Below are positions 24,076-35,610 of a stretch of DNA of 40,159 bases, one piece after another; within the stretch, counting starts at the first letter, position 1; each line of letters begins with the position of its first letter. A program made the position numbers and the translations under genes. The stretch comes from Octopus bimaculoides. Lineage: Eukaryota. The DNA is taken from NCBI RefSeq assembly GCF_001194135.2, contig NC_068994.1:36312980-36353138 (forward strand), written 5' to 3'. The notes beneath the pieces are model-generated. The model did not search any database. It worked only from the letters and a program-made list of their open reading frames with translations, and was not told the origin of the DNA.

Positions 24076-25350
24076 TATGACTAATAGAAATACACAGTGT
24101 TGCCCATGTCACATGGAATTGAAGAATTAGACTTCTTTTATATTTTCTCTAATGAACTGGAATACCTGTGATTTGAATTTCATCAAAATTGTAGATGAAG
24201 AATTTTAATGAGGGTTCTTTCCCTCTTTACACACCCTAACAAAAATTCTAATCATGATACATTTATCCTATGCTACTCATCATTATGCCCAGATTCCAAA
24301 ATTCAAATCTTATGGAACCTATTGAAAAGTTTTTGCTCCTGAAAATGGAGCTCATGGAGTTCTAAAATGTTGGAGTTAAGGCCCCTATGGGAGGGGGGTC
24401 TTAAAGTCAACCAGAGAAGTTGAATTGTTCGAATCTTTTTAACTCGAGTCTTATAGCTATTGTTCAAATTTCTTTGAAATCTGAAATATATGTATGTTCA
24501 CTGGGTTTGTAAAAAAGAGCAAAGCTAGAGGAAACCAAAAGACGATTGATCACAATAAGCAGTCAGCTACCCTACCCTAGTCGTTACCACTCCCCAGTGT
24601 AGGATTCCTCACCATACAGGTGATGGGAACAGCCGTAAGATGCATTACGGATGTATAGCAATTGGAAGGATGTGACCCAACTGAAATAAACATTAACAAC
24701 TGCGTGACGTGAGAGCTAAGGGGAAATGAAAGTGTCACCTCTGAAGTTTGCCAATGATCACTATGCCGATAGGTAAATGGACAAAATAAATATGCAATCT
24801 AAAAATCTCTTTGAATAACCAGTCACTTATCTGGGAAGGCCCTGAAATCAATGTTACCATCTGGGGACGACTATCTCTGATAATATAATGACTCAAAGTA
24901 GGTCTGCAACCAAATAACTTTACTTAACACTTTGCAACTGCATCAGTGGAGGCAAAGATGCCTCTCCATTACTTGACAATTTATGCAGCACATTGCAGAA
25001 ATCACAATCTAAGTATATCTCAAAGCAAAATCTTACACTGTTGTACAACGGAATTACAAATAACACTCATCTTTTATGCTTGGGTGACAAGGCAAAAGTC
25101 AAATATATACTTAACTGATACTTATTTTAATGACTCCAGATGACTCAATCTCAACATGGTTTGAATTCAGAATGTGAAGAACTGGAACAAATACTGCAAG
25201 TATTTGTCTGATATTCTTGTGATTCTTCCATTCCATCAATGACAATTACTAACACTGACATAAATATCCATAAATGTATAGGTGAGCAGTGTAAAATTAA
25301 ATGGATTGGTAATTATTATTATCATCATCATTATCATTATTATTATTATT

Positions 25351-25510
25351 GTCTTCACATTTTGAGTTCAAATGCTGCCAGGGTTGACTTTGCCTTTCAT
25401 CCTTTCAGGTTCGAAAAATTGAGTACCAGTGAAACACTGGGGTCGATGTAATCGACTAGTCCCTCCACCCAAAATTTCAGGCTTAGAGCCTTTAGTAGAA
25501 AGGATTCTTC
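25351..25510 (+). mobile_element. SINE family B, 5'-truncated copy flanked by (ATT/ATC)n
   Basis: 'tttgagttcaaatgctgccagggttgactttgcctttcatcc...gagtaccagtgaaacactggggtcgatgtaatcgact...tagtagaaagga', then a TTC/ATT tail. Confidence 0.85.
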
Positions 25511-27133
25511 TTCTTCTTATTATTATTATCATTATTATTATCATCATCATTATAATAACAATGGATGAAAGTAACTTTGGCTCCCATCCTTCTAACAAGT
25601 TTACTTAATCAAGTTTATGTCTATTTTAAAAATATTATTGATTATTGTAGTCCCACAGCAAGCCAGATTATTTGAAAGTTTTTTTAAGTTTCAGAGTGAG
25701 GTTATTCAGTTTGTCTACACACTCCTGCACAAATTTTTTTCCCCCATACATTTATTTGGTAGCTTTCTGTATATGCCTCGACTTCACTGGTCACAATCTC
25801 TTAAATTATTTTTCTGACCTGTCTTTCAAATTCAATCATATCCCAATTTAGCTAAACAAACACAACTGATGCAATCTTCATTATATATCATCTCCTTTCT
25901 TGGATTTCAAAAGTTAAGTATTAGTAATTTCCTGTTTTCACTTTCTTGAAAGATCTTATTAAACCCAGTCATATCAATGATTCATGTGAGCTTTTTCTGC
26001 ACTTATTTTCTAAAATAAAATATGGATCTTCTAGCAGCAATTGTTTAGTACGTATAACATCCTTATTCACTAATTTGTTTTTTCTCATCCATTTCATTTT
26101 ACACCATAGAATTTATTTCATGTGTCCTATTTCATTTTCTCTAGATACTATCAGGACATATATCAGTTGAGTCTTTTAACAATATTTTAGTTAGTATTTT
26201 ACACTTACATTAAATACTAGTGTATTTTTCTCTCTTTGTTTTCCATTAATAACTTAGCATACATCCAATATTATATTCAACTGTTTTAATTTCTTCTATG
26301 ACCTTGTTTAAACAAAATCAACCATGCATGTAAGTCATGCTACAGCTTGAATAATGTCACAGGAATCCACACTAAAGTTGAGATATATATAGTTATTTCT
26401 TTTTAAATGCTACATTCTTCATCCTCCAGAATTAAATAGCTAAGCTGCTAAATTTGTACTTTTTCTGTGCTCTTTTGCAGTTTCCACTTCAGATTTTCCT
26501 CCATGTACCTTCCAGTTTGTCTCTTCACATTCAGTCTTACTTATTTGTCACTAAACTTACCCCAACATAACACTAAACAAATCAATTTTCTTCCATTTCA
26601 AATTGACTAGTATCTTTTCATGTTTTTTTCTTTTCTTGCCATCTGCAAAGTTAGTGGCCAAGTGCAATTTTTTATTGTCATATGACACTCTACTCTTGTT
26701 TTTAAGAACATACAAATCTCCCATACTTTTCATGTCTCATCCTCCATATTTTCTTATGAATANNNNNNNNNNNNNNNNNNNNNNNNNNNNNNNNNNNNNN
26801 NNNNNNNNNNNNNNNNNNNNNNNNNNNNNNNNNNNNNNNNNNNNNNNNNNNNNNNNNNNNNNNNNNNNNNNNNNNNTTATAATTTATTTACTGGAATAAC
26901 CCAATATTATCATGATAAAGGTGGTGGAATATTTAAAAAATGTAGTGTTGTAGTATTTAATTAAATATCTTAATATTTTGAATTCCGATTCCATAGGGGT
27001 CAGCTTTGTTTTTCGTTTGGACAGGGATGTGGTGAATAAAATTACAAGTACAGGATGGATAAACTTTACTACATACAGCACCAAATTTCATGGCAGTTGT
27101 CAATATTATTATTATTATCATTATTAGTATTAT

Positions 27134-27266
27134 TAAGGCAGTGAGCTGGCATAATCGCTAGCATGCTGGACAAAATGTTTAGTGGTTATTCATGTCTTTA
27201 CATTCTGAGATCAAATTCCACCAAGGTTGACTTTGCCTTTCATCTTTTCAGGGTCAATAAAATGAG
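27134..27266 (+). mobile_element. SINE family B, 5' part (interrupted by MULE; continues at 29268)
   Basis: Head 'taaggcagtgagctggcataatcg...ctgagatcaaattcc' up to 'gggtcaataaaatgag'. Confidence 0.85.
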
Positions 27267-29267
27267 CATGACCCGACTTTTCATCCGCTGTCACTATGCC
27301 CAACAACACTTTGCCGACGTCTTTTAGTCCAATATCTTTTTGTCCATTGATTNNNNNNNNNNTATCTTTTTGTCCATTGATTTTTTTTTGTCCAATTTTA
27401 AATAAACTCTTTAGAAAACAGGTGAACATCAAAATCAAATAATCGTTAAGAATTTTATTGTAGGATTCAAATAAAATACTGTGGGGAAAATATAGTTTAA
27501 AAAAGTAATAAGATACAACTAATGATTTATTATGATCACTTAAAACTGATGCAAATTATATGCCGCACTCTTCAAAAAATCAATTTTTCTTGTTGACCCA
27601 TATTCAATGACCAATCCTTTGTGGCATTCACTTATTCTTCCATATCTTGTACATGAATTTGACAGATCTCATCAAAGAATTTGAGTCATTTTACCTTGAA
27701 CGAACCCTCCCTCTTCCTTCAGAGTTTTGATTAATTTCCAAATATTCATATGTGCTCCACCCACCACATGCTATATCACAGAATGAAACCCCTCTGCAGC
27801 ATTATTTGTTCTGGGAAGATCTTGAAGAATACGCTAATTAACATTCCATACAGCTATCAGGAATGTAGGTGGTTCTCTCCTTCGTCTAGCACCACATCNN
27901 NNNNNNNNCTATCAGGAATGTAGGTGGTTCTCTCCTTCGTCTAGCACCACATCCTCTCACAACACCTATGTAAGTCGAGTCGAAGTCAGCTATGAATTAA
28001 GCAGGTATTTCTTCATTGTCTATAAATTCTTCATAGGCCTCTTGGACATCAACAGGTAGGAAGGCTAATACTAGAAAACATCAAATTTTAAGAGAGAATT
28101 CAGAGTCTTTATTGTATTTTTCTTTGAGACCTAAATCTGTAATTTTTCAAAGTACTGATTGGCTCAAATGTAATAAACATGCCACAATAGATGAATTAGG
28201 GAATGATTAATTAAATGCCTTATGAACAGCAACTTTGAAATCTGCCACGAGATCAAGCAGATATGCATTAGGTTGCTTAATTTTCAATTGCTCGATAAAT
28301 AATTTGCATGTCTACTTTGTTTTATTAGGCAGTAATGCAAAGACTTGTGGAAAACTGCTACCTTTAACTTGCACAGTTTTGAATGTTCCATCACATGCCC
28401 ACTGATGATATGATGCTATATCTTGAAGAGCACTTTCTGATGCAAATACTAGCATGTACTGTTGATCCTTAATACTTGAATCATGTCTCAGAAACTGTGC
28501 ACCATTATTAAGTGTACAATATTCTTCTGGTATTTCAAAACCAGTTCTAGCCCCTGAATTAGCAGGAAATCCAGAATCTTTTTGTCAGCACCTTTGAATA
28601 GTCCTTGAAAGTACAGGCAAACAAGGAAGTTGAGAGCAAGTATTTTCTGTTAGCTGCATAAACTTAGTCACTATCATACTACACAAACTTGCTGCTATGT
28701 TTTCCACTGCTTCATGCTTTATTTCTGTAACTGCTTTTCTAGCATTTAACGAATCTACATTAGTTGTATGAAGATGCTCACTAAAAAAAGAAATAATTTT
28801 TGGCTCATTGTTTTCTGTTACTGTGTGAATTCGCACTGAACACAGCCTTCTTTTCTCACATCTCCAGTATTCTTTTCCAAGTTTTATATTGCTTGAATGA
28901 AAATCGTAGATGTAATTACTTTCATCAACTACTTTTCTTTTGTTTTGGTCGATACTATGAACTTTGTCATTTCAGGATGGGTAAATTAAAAATGTGTACA
29001 CTGAATTTGCAGCACTCTCTATACAAGGCATCATACTTAAGAGAGGAAAGGAAAAAAAAAATAAAACTGTTAACAGAGAAGAAAAAGAACGATAATAACA
29101 AACCTATAACGAGGCTCATTATAGTTCTGTGAATATTTCATTAGAGATATTTCACCCTCTGTTCTAAAGAATTTATTTAAAATTAGACAAAAAAAATGTT
29201 GGACAAAAAAAATCATCAGACAAAAAGAGGTTGGACCAAAAGATGTGGACGAAGTGACGTTGGACGA
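27267..29267 (-). mobile_element. Mutator-like (MULE) DNA transposon with FLYWCH zinc finger plus DDE transposase pseudogene and long imperfect TIRs
   Basis: Minus-strand peptides: YWRCEKRRLCSVRIHT..EHLH (FLYWCH), QWACDGTFKTV (~28405-28372), VFALLPNK, DFKVAV..FPNSSIVACLLH and PRTNNAAEGFH (~27810-27780). They lie mostly in one frame broken by stops. Inverted ends of ~150 bp are built of 'tttgtcca' repeats (27270-27420 versus 29150-29267). AAAATGAG is duplicated at 27259-27266 and 29268-29275. Confidence 0.88.
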
Positions 29268-29345
29268 AAAATGAGTACCAGTCAAGTATTGGGATCGATG
29301 TAATTTATTTATTCCTCCCTTGAAATTTCAAGCCATTATTATTAT
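29268..29345 (+). mobile_element. SINE family B, 3' part of the copy begun at 27134
   Basis: 'aaaatgagtaccagtcaagtattgggatcgatgtaat...' plus an (ATT)n tail. Confidence 0.8.
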
Positions 29346-29354
29346 CATTATTAT

Positions 29355-30060
29355 TGAGGTAGCAAGCTGGCAGAATTGTTAACAAGCTAGGCAAAATGCT
29401 GAGCAGTATGTCATTCATTTTTACTTTCTTAGTTCAAAATCTGCCAAGGTGGACTTTGCCTTTCATCCTTTCAGGGTCAATAAAACAAGTAGCAATTGAG
29501 CACTGGGTCAATGTAATCAACTTACCACTTCCCCAAAACTGCTGGCCTTGTGCCAAAATTTGAAACCATTATTATCATAAAAGAAATTATCATTTTACAG
29601 GTTAGTTTATGGCAAAACAGTATTGTAATGAATTAAATGCTTTTCAGTATTTAGTTACATTTTTTTTACATATTGTGTTCAAATCCTTGAAGTTGGTTTC
29701 AGATATTGTCTTTCCTTAGTTGATAAAATAAAAAAAAAGGCAAGTACTTTGATAAATTCAATAAACTGTGCCACTCCTCCTAAAATATGCAGCCCTGTGC
29801 ACATCATTATTATTATCCAAATTAGAAATCATTACCGTTCTTATCTAAAGGTGGTGAGGTGGCAGAAATCATTAGCGTGCTGGACAAAATGCTTAGCGAC
29901 ATTCCTGAGTTCAATTCATCACTATGTTCTGAGTTCAAATTCTGCCATGGTCGACTTTGCCTTTCATCATTTCAGAGTCAATAAAATAAGTACCAGTGTA
30001 ACAGACTCATCCCCACCTCCTCCTAGCTGCCCTGGTGGCAAAAATTTGAAATAATAATTA
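29355..30060 (+). mobile_element. three consecutive SINE family B copies (29355-29575; decayed ~29595-29815; 29846-30060)
   Basis: Each has the 'gttcaaa' B-box-like motif and an 'aataaaa(t/c)aag' or similar body segment, and ends in (ATT)n. Confidence 0.75.
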
Positions 30061-30064
30061 TTAT

Positions 30065-31345
30065 TATCTAAATTATTGCTCATTTTAATGTAGTTTGTTC
30101 CAGAACCACCAAACTCAAACTCCATGTACCTCTGGTACCCACTGTATTTTATCTTAGTATTAATGCATTTGATGTATTCACTTTATGCAAAGCTTTATAT
30201 AGATTATGTGAGATGCTTTTATCAGTACTGTTACTGTATTTTTTTTCCATAGTTCCATGAAAGATCTCCTTTGTAACATTAGTTAGTTTTCCACAAAAGT
30301 ATATAGCCTTACTTTGCTGTTGTGGTGATGGTTGGGTTGCTGTCAATATTTTTATGGTTTTAAGTTCTATTTTACATTGATGCTTTTGTTTGTTGCAAGA
30401 GTTATAACTATTATATTAAGTGTCAAATTATTTTCAGATTGTGTACAATTTTGTGAAGCCTGATAATGTACTGAGGTGCTCTTTTTTTTTATCATTCTAA
30501 GTGCATCAGTTACTTTTAGTATTGTCTGCATTATGATTATCCATATTTTATTAAGTTCATTTTATCCATTTGCCTTGATATCTTTATCATCTTTTTTATC
30601 AGGTATGTAGTAGAAAAACTAGTGTAGCTCTACTATTGTTGGATATATACTTTTTGTCTTGATTTTAAAATAGCATATTATGCAATGGATACAAATATCT
30701 CTTTGGTTGCTGTTGTGGATATATCCAGTCTTTACAAAAACTGGTCAATCTGAGATGAGATACTGTATTGATGCTTCATGTTGCCTTCATAATTTGAAAT
30801 TACATCAACTACTTCTTTGTTTTCTAGTTTTTTTCTTTTCTTTTTTTCTTTTTCTTAGTTGCTATAGTTACTATTCTGAGAAACTATCATACCTTTTTTT
30901 TTTTTTTTTTCTGAAAGTTTCAAGCCTTTTTTTTCTTCAGTATTAGTTTTGTCACTTTTAGAGTTTTTCTTTCATATATTCCAATTGTTTTTTTTTGTGT
31001 GTATTTTTTCTGTTATTGCATCTTTACCATAAACATTTTCTCAATATATTTAGCTAAATAATTTATATTTAGTAATTTCCTAAAATATGATAAAACATTT
31101 TCATCTTTCTTTAACATGCTGATAATCCTTGTTTCTTCTTTATCACAATTCCACTTCAACAAAACATCTTTCTTCTTGCATGCATGACATATATTCTGCA
31201 AAGGGATGATTAATTTACTTAATTCCAATTTATCATGCAGAAGTTTTAAGTTATAACAGAAGTATTTAGTTTAGTTTATTCAGGTGTATTATTCTATTTC
31301 TCTAAATCTGCTGAAACATGCATTTCTAATTTTTCTCCATCTAAT
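30065..31345 (-). mobile_element. second R4/Dong-like LINE fossil, 5'-truncated, with a (TAA)n 3' tail
   Basis: Minus-strand peptides: KYLGLD (~31335), FCMINWN (~31235), SIQYLISD*PVFVKTGYIH...IHCIIC (zinc-knuckle region, ~30780-30680) and VTDALRMIKK (~30520). The minus strand ends 'gataataataat' at ~30060. The fragment is flanked on both sides by (ATT)n. Confidence 0.6.
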
Positions 31346-31378
31346 CCTAAGTATTTTGTTAGTTATCATCATTATTAT

Positions 31379-32980
31379 TAAAGCAACAAATTGGCAGAAT
31401 TAGTTGGTAGTGAATTGGATAAAAATACTTTAGAATGGTATCACTTTACATTTTGCATTCAAATTCTGCAAGGGTAGATAAAATAAGTATTAGTCAAGTA
31501 TTGAACAGAGTGAACTTACCCACCAAATTAATGGCTTTGATTTTACCTTTCATCCTTCCAGGGCTGATAAAACAAATAGCAGTCAAGTACTCACTGACAT
31601 TGCTTTTTTGAAAATGTATAAATGTTAGAAATAATTTTTAACGTTATTTGAAATTAAGGATAGTAAAATCAGTATAATGCCTTGCAGTATTTAGTTACAT
31701 CTCTGTATATTTTGAGTTCAAATCAGAATCATTAAAATAATTACTACTCAAGTACTGGAATTGATTTAATCAATTATTCTAACTGACAAAATGTGTGCTT
31801 CATGATATTTAATGAAGTTCCTTTATGTTTTCAGTTTCAAATTCCTTGGGGTTAATTCTATCTCCCTTTTCTATGAGATTGATTAAATAAGTACCTGTTT
31901 TTTTGGAGTCAGAGTTTAACTGACTTTACCTTCCTCTCCCATTATGCTCATTTCAGAAATCATAACTACTTTTTTTAAGGCAGACAAATAACAGAATCAA
32001 TAGGGCTTCAAACAAAGTATCTGATAGTATTTAGTTATATTCCTTTTTGCCCTGAAATCAAATCTTACTAAGATCAACTTTACCTTTCATCTTTTCAGGA
32101 GTGTTAGAGTACCAATCATGTACTGGACTTGCTTTAATTGATAACCACACCCTGAATTTCAGCCCCTATGATAATATTAGAAGCCATAACTATTATTATA
32201 ACTATTAAGGTGGCAAGTTAACAGAATCATTAGCACGCCAGGCAAAATGCTTAGTGGTATTTTCTTTGATGCTACCTTCTGAGTTCAAATTCTGCCGAGG
32301 TTGACTTTACCTTTCATCCTTTTGGGGGTCGATAAAGTATCAGTGAAACACTGGGGTCAATGTAATCTTCTTAATCCCTTCCCCCAACTTTGAGGCATTG
32401 TGCTTTCAGTAGAAAGGATTATTATTATTACAATTATGGAGGTGGTGAGATGGCAAAATCATTAGCATTCCAGGTGAAATGTTTAGTGGTATTTCATCTG
32501 ACACTATGTTCTGAATTCAAATTCCTCCAAGGTCGATTTTGCCTTTCATCTTTTTGGGATTGATAAATTAAGTACCAATGAAACACTGGGGGCGATGTAA
32601 TCGACTATTTCCTTCCCCCAAAATTTCAGGCCTTGTGCCTATAGTAGAAAGGATTATTATTATTATTGAGCCAGTGAAGGTGGCAAAGCTGGCAGAATCA
32701 GTACTGTGCCAGGCAAAATGCTTTCTGGCATTTCATCCATCTTTACATTCTGAGTTCAAATTCTGCTGAGGTCGATTTTGCCTTTCATCTTTTTGCAGTC
32801 ATTAGAATAAGTGCCAGTTGTTCAGTGAGGTCGATGTAATAACTAACCCCACTACCCTGGAATTGCTGGACTTGTGTCAAAACTGTGAAAACATAATTAA
32901 AGCAGTGAGCTGCCAGAATCGTTAACATGCCAGACAAAGTGCTTAGCAGCACTTTGCCTTTCTTTATGTTTTGTGTTCAA
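31379..32980 (+). mobile_element. head-to-tail array of about eight SINE family B copies
   Basis: Copies start near 31379, 31655, 31810, 31976, 32206, 32438, 32676 and 32897 (last one truncated). All are on the + strand, mostly separated by (ATT)n-like linkers. The copies at 32206-32895 are well preserved and those to the left are decayed. Confidence 0.8.
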
Positions 32981-33199
32981 AACTAAGAATGTGTAGATCC
33001 ATCCTCAACCATTTATTGAATATGGACCTCTTTGATAACTATTTTACTCAGGTCAACTCCCACAGCCATTTGATGTTTAAAAACTAGTTTTATAGATGCT
33101 CTTCTCAAAATTACTATTTTTGTTTCTCACAGGTTTGAATTATGTAAAATGTTAGAGAAAGAAACCTAGCTGTTTCTTCCAATAAATACATCCAAAGTA

Positions 33200-33308
33200 A
33201 CATTTTGTTTTTCATGGACCCTTAAAATACTGTTGTGGATCCCCAATCTACTATTTTGCTTGCATGGACCCCCCAAGTATTACATGGACCCCAATTGAGA
33301 ACCCACTG
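33200..33308. mobile_element. probable hAT-type MITE right end
   Basis: Repeated subterminal 'catggaccc' motifs (three, plus 'gtggatccc') end in 'ttgagaacccactg'. This resembles the reverse complement of a CAG(T/G)GGTTCTCAA TIR. No left end was identified. Confidence 0.4.
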
Positions 33309-35061
33309 CTAAATTATAAAATCATAACCTTCATTTATTTTTAATATTTTAGTCTCATTATTTCTTTATTCACTTGGATGTATAGAGAATTATTGATAGT
33401 TTTATTTCTAAATGTATTTTCATAAATGCAGGTGCATGCTATGTCACTATAGCATGTTTTCTGCACCAAATTTGTTGTGTTGGTACAGTTTTGTGTGAGA
33501 AATCATTACATCATTATCTAAATTTGGTGCAAGTTTTCTATCTGTTTATCTGAGTATATCTCAGATAAACAGAGAACACCTGCCTAACTTAAATAATAAA
33601 TTTACTTACATATATACAGGAAGTCATCACTTACTACCTCTTTTTGTGACGTTATGTCCTCAATGCACAACTTACAGCATTGTGCAGTGGACTGCACAAT
33701 CAAATCATTTCTGCTCAATACAGCCAATATCTTTGAGAACCAACTTTATTAAGAGAATAACAAAAATACTGCTGCTTGTGCTATTGATACCTACTGCGGG
33801 GCTATCCCTTAAACCTGGACAATAGCCATAAATTTACTTCTCAAAATACATTTTTAAAAAATATCACAAAGTCTTAAAAACATTATAAGAGTGTCTGAAT
33901 AATATACCATGTTGATAATTTTTGAAAAATGAAGAAATTTCACATGAAGCCCCAAGTTCAAAGAAAGTAAATTTGGAATATCAGTAAGAGTGGGATCAGG
34001 TATCAGCGAGTGCCCTGATATGGCTGCAAGCAATCCCAGTTGACAAGAATATGACTTTTCTATACCTAGGTAATATCTTAGAACTTAATTAAAGTTAGAT
34101 TGGTAACAGTTATGAGCCTGGTCACACTGCTCATAACCTTGTCCCCTGTTCCTATCCACCTGGATTTCCAACAGAACCATTCCACAACCACAGGACCACT
34201 TAACAGAATTGTTTTTTGTTCAAGTGACCTATGGTGTTGGCTAGCTTGTTTTCCTTTTCCAAGTGCTAAATTGCAAGTTCATTGACCTCTCTTGCTTAAT
34301 TCATGTTCCTGCTATTACTTCATATTCTTCCACTACACTGACGTCTTCAATTTCTATGGTGTCTGATGCCATGACAGTTGCATCATCTATTTCTGCTGCT
34401 ACATTCTTATATCCAAGTTCAAACATTTTTAATTTCTGCAACTATAGCTCAAAAACAAAATGTATAGACTCTTGAGAGAATGAGTGATTCGAAACTATTC
34501 TGATTGGTATCCATTCGGTATGATCATCATTGTACAAATATCACTGTACATCAATGCAATACAGTTTCTAAAAACAGGACTGAAACTAGCTGCTAAGCAC
34601 TAACGGTCAATCCTATTGAAGGTTTTAGATTGATATAAGTGGATCGGAGCCCTACCAAGGCAAGTTTCACCAACCACCCTCTCTACAAAGCATTGTATGA
34701 AATTGGATGGATCTACACATTTTTTACCACAATACTAACTTAAACACCAACCATTTCACAAATGTCTTAGGAAAAAATTTGTAACTCTGCTTTCAGCAAG
34801 GGTAAGGGCTGAAAATTACTGATGATATTCTTCTTCGTATCCTTTCACAGCAGTGTCACCACTCTCTGATGAACACACTCTGGGATATTTCAATTATGCT
34901 GCTGCCATATGAAATATGGCTTTTGCCAAGAGATTGGGTGAGCAAGTCTGACATGTATACAAAAAGCATGTTATGTTAGACCATTCAAATTTAGTGAGTT
35001 GTCCTTTGCACAACCATCCACTATTCATCATATCTCAGCTGCCATGATTTCATCTGAATAT

Positions 35062-35170
35062 ACATGGTTCTGGGTTCAGTGTGGCACCTAAGGCAATTGT
35101 TTTCTACTATAGCTCCAGGCCAACCAAAGCCTTGTGAGTGGATTTGGTGGATAGAAACTGAGAAAAGGCT

Positions 35171-35212
<42 letters not shown>

Positions 35213-35491
35213 CACATGTGTGTGTGTGTGTGTGTGCGCATATCTCTCTCTTTCTTCTTGTCTTGACATCATGCGATAGTTCTAAAATGACTGTCACTGT
35301 CATACAAGCAGTGTCATTCATTTCCAATATTTCAGTGTGTAATTCAAAAATGACTGGCCTTGAGGAAATATTGCCTTGCTTGGAAACAGGTGTGAGTTGG
35401 TGACAGAAAGTACATCTGTTCATAAAAAATATTCCACAATAAACTCTAACTCATGCATGCTTGAAATAATGGATGTTAAAATGATAATGAT
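35062..35491 (+). mobile_element. SINE family A variant: head/core, (CA)n(TG)n, distinct body and decayed RTE-type tail
   Basis: The 5' part matches the family A head. The 3' end 'ggtgacagaaagtacatctg...catgcatgcttgaaataatggatgttaaaatgataatgat' resembles the RTE tail at 17060-17205. Confidence 0.6.
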
Positions 35492-35610
35492 ATACATTTA
35501 TATACAAATATGTATATATAGTTATATATATACATATATATATATACATGCATGCATATACATATATATGTGTGTGTGGATGTATGGATACATATATGGA
35601 TAAATATATA

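Noticed and set aside
27330-27385. Direct repeat of 'tatctttttgtccattgatt' around a 10-N gap
   Set aside because: Identical sequence on both sides of a small N spacer is typical of an unmerged contig overlap.
27853-27953. Direct repeat of ~45 bp around a 10-N gap inside the MULE ORF
   Set aside because: This shows the same assembly-overlap signature and is not treated as a biological duplication.
31379-32980. CRISPR-like periodic array
   Set aside because: The units are ~200-bp diverged SINE copies also found dispersed. There are no short identical repeats with unique spacers, no cas genes, and the context is eukaryotic.
35173-35237. (CA)n-TGCA-(TG)n palindrome
   Set aside because: It could form a hairpin, but such juxtaposed complementary microsatellites are common in this sequence and nothing suggests function.
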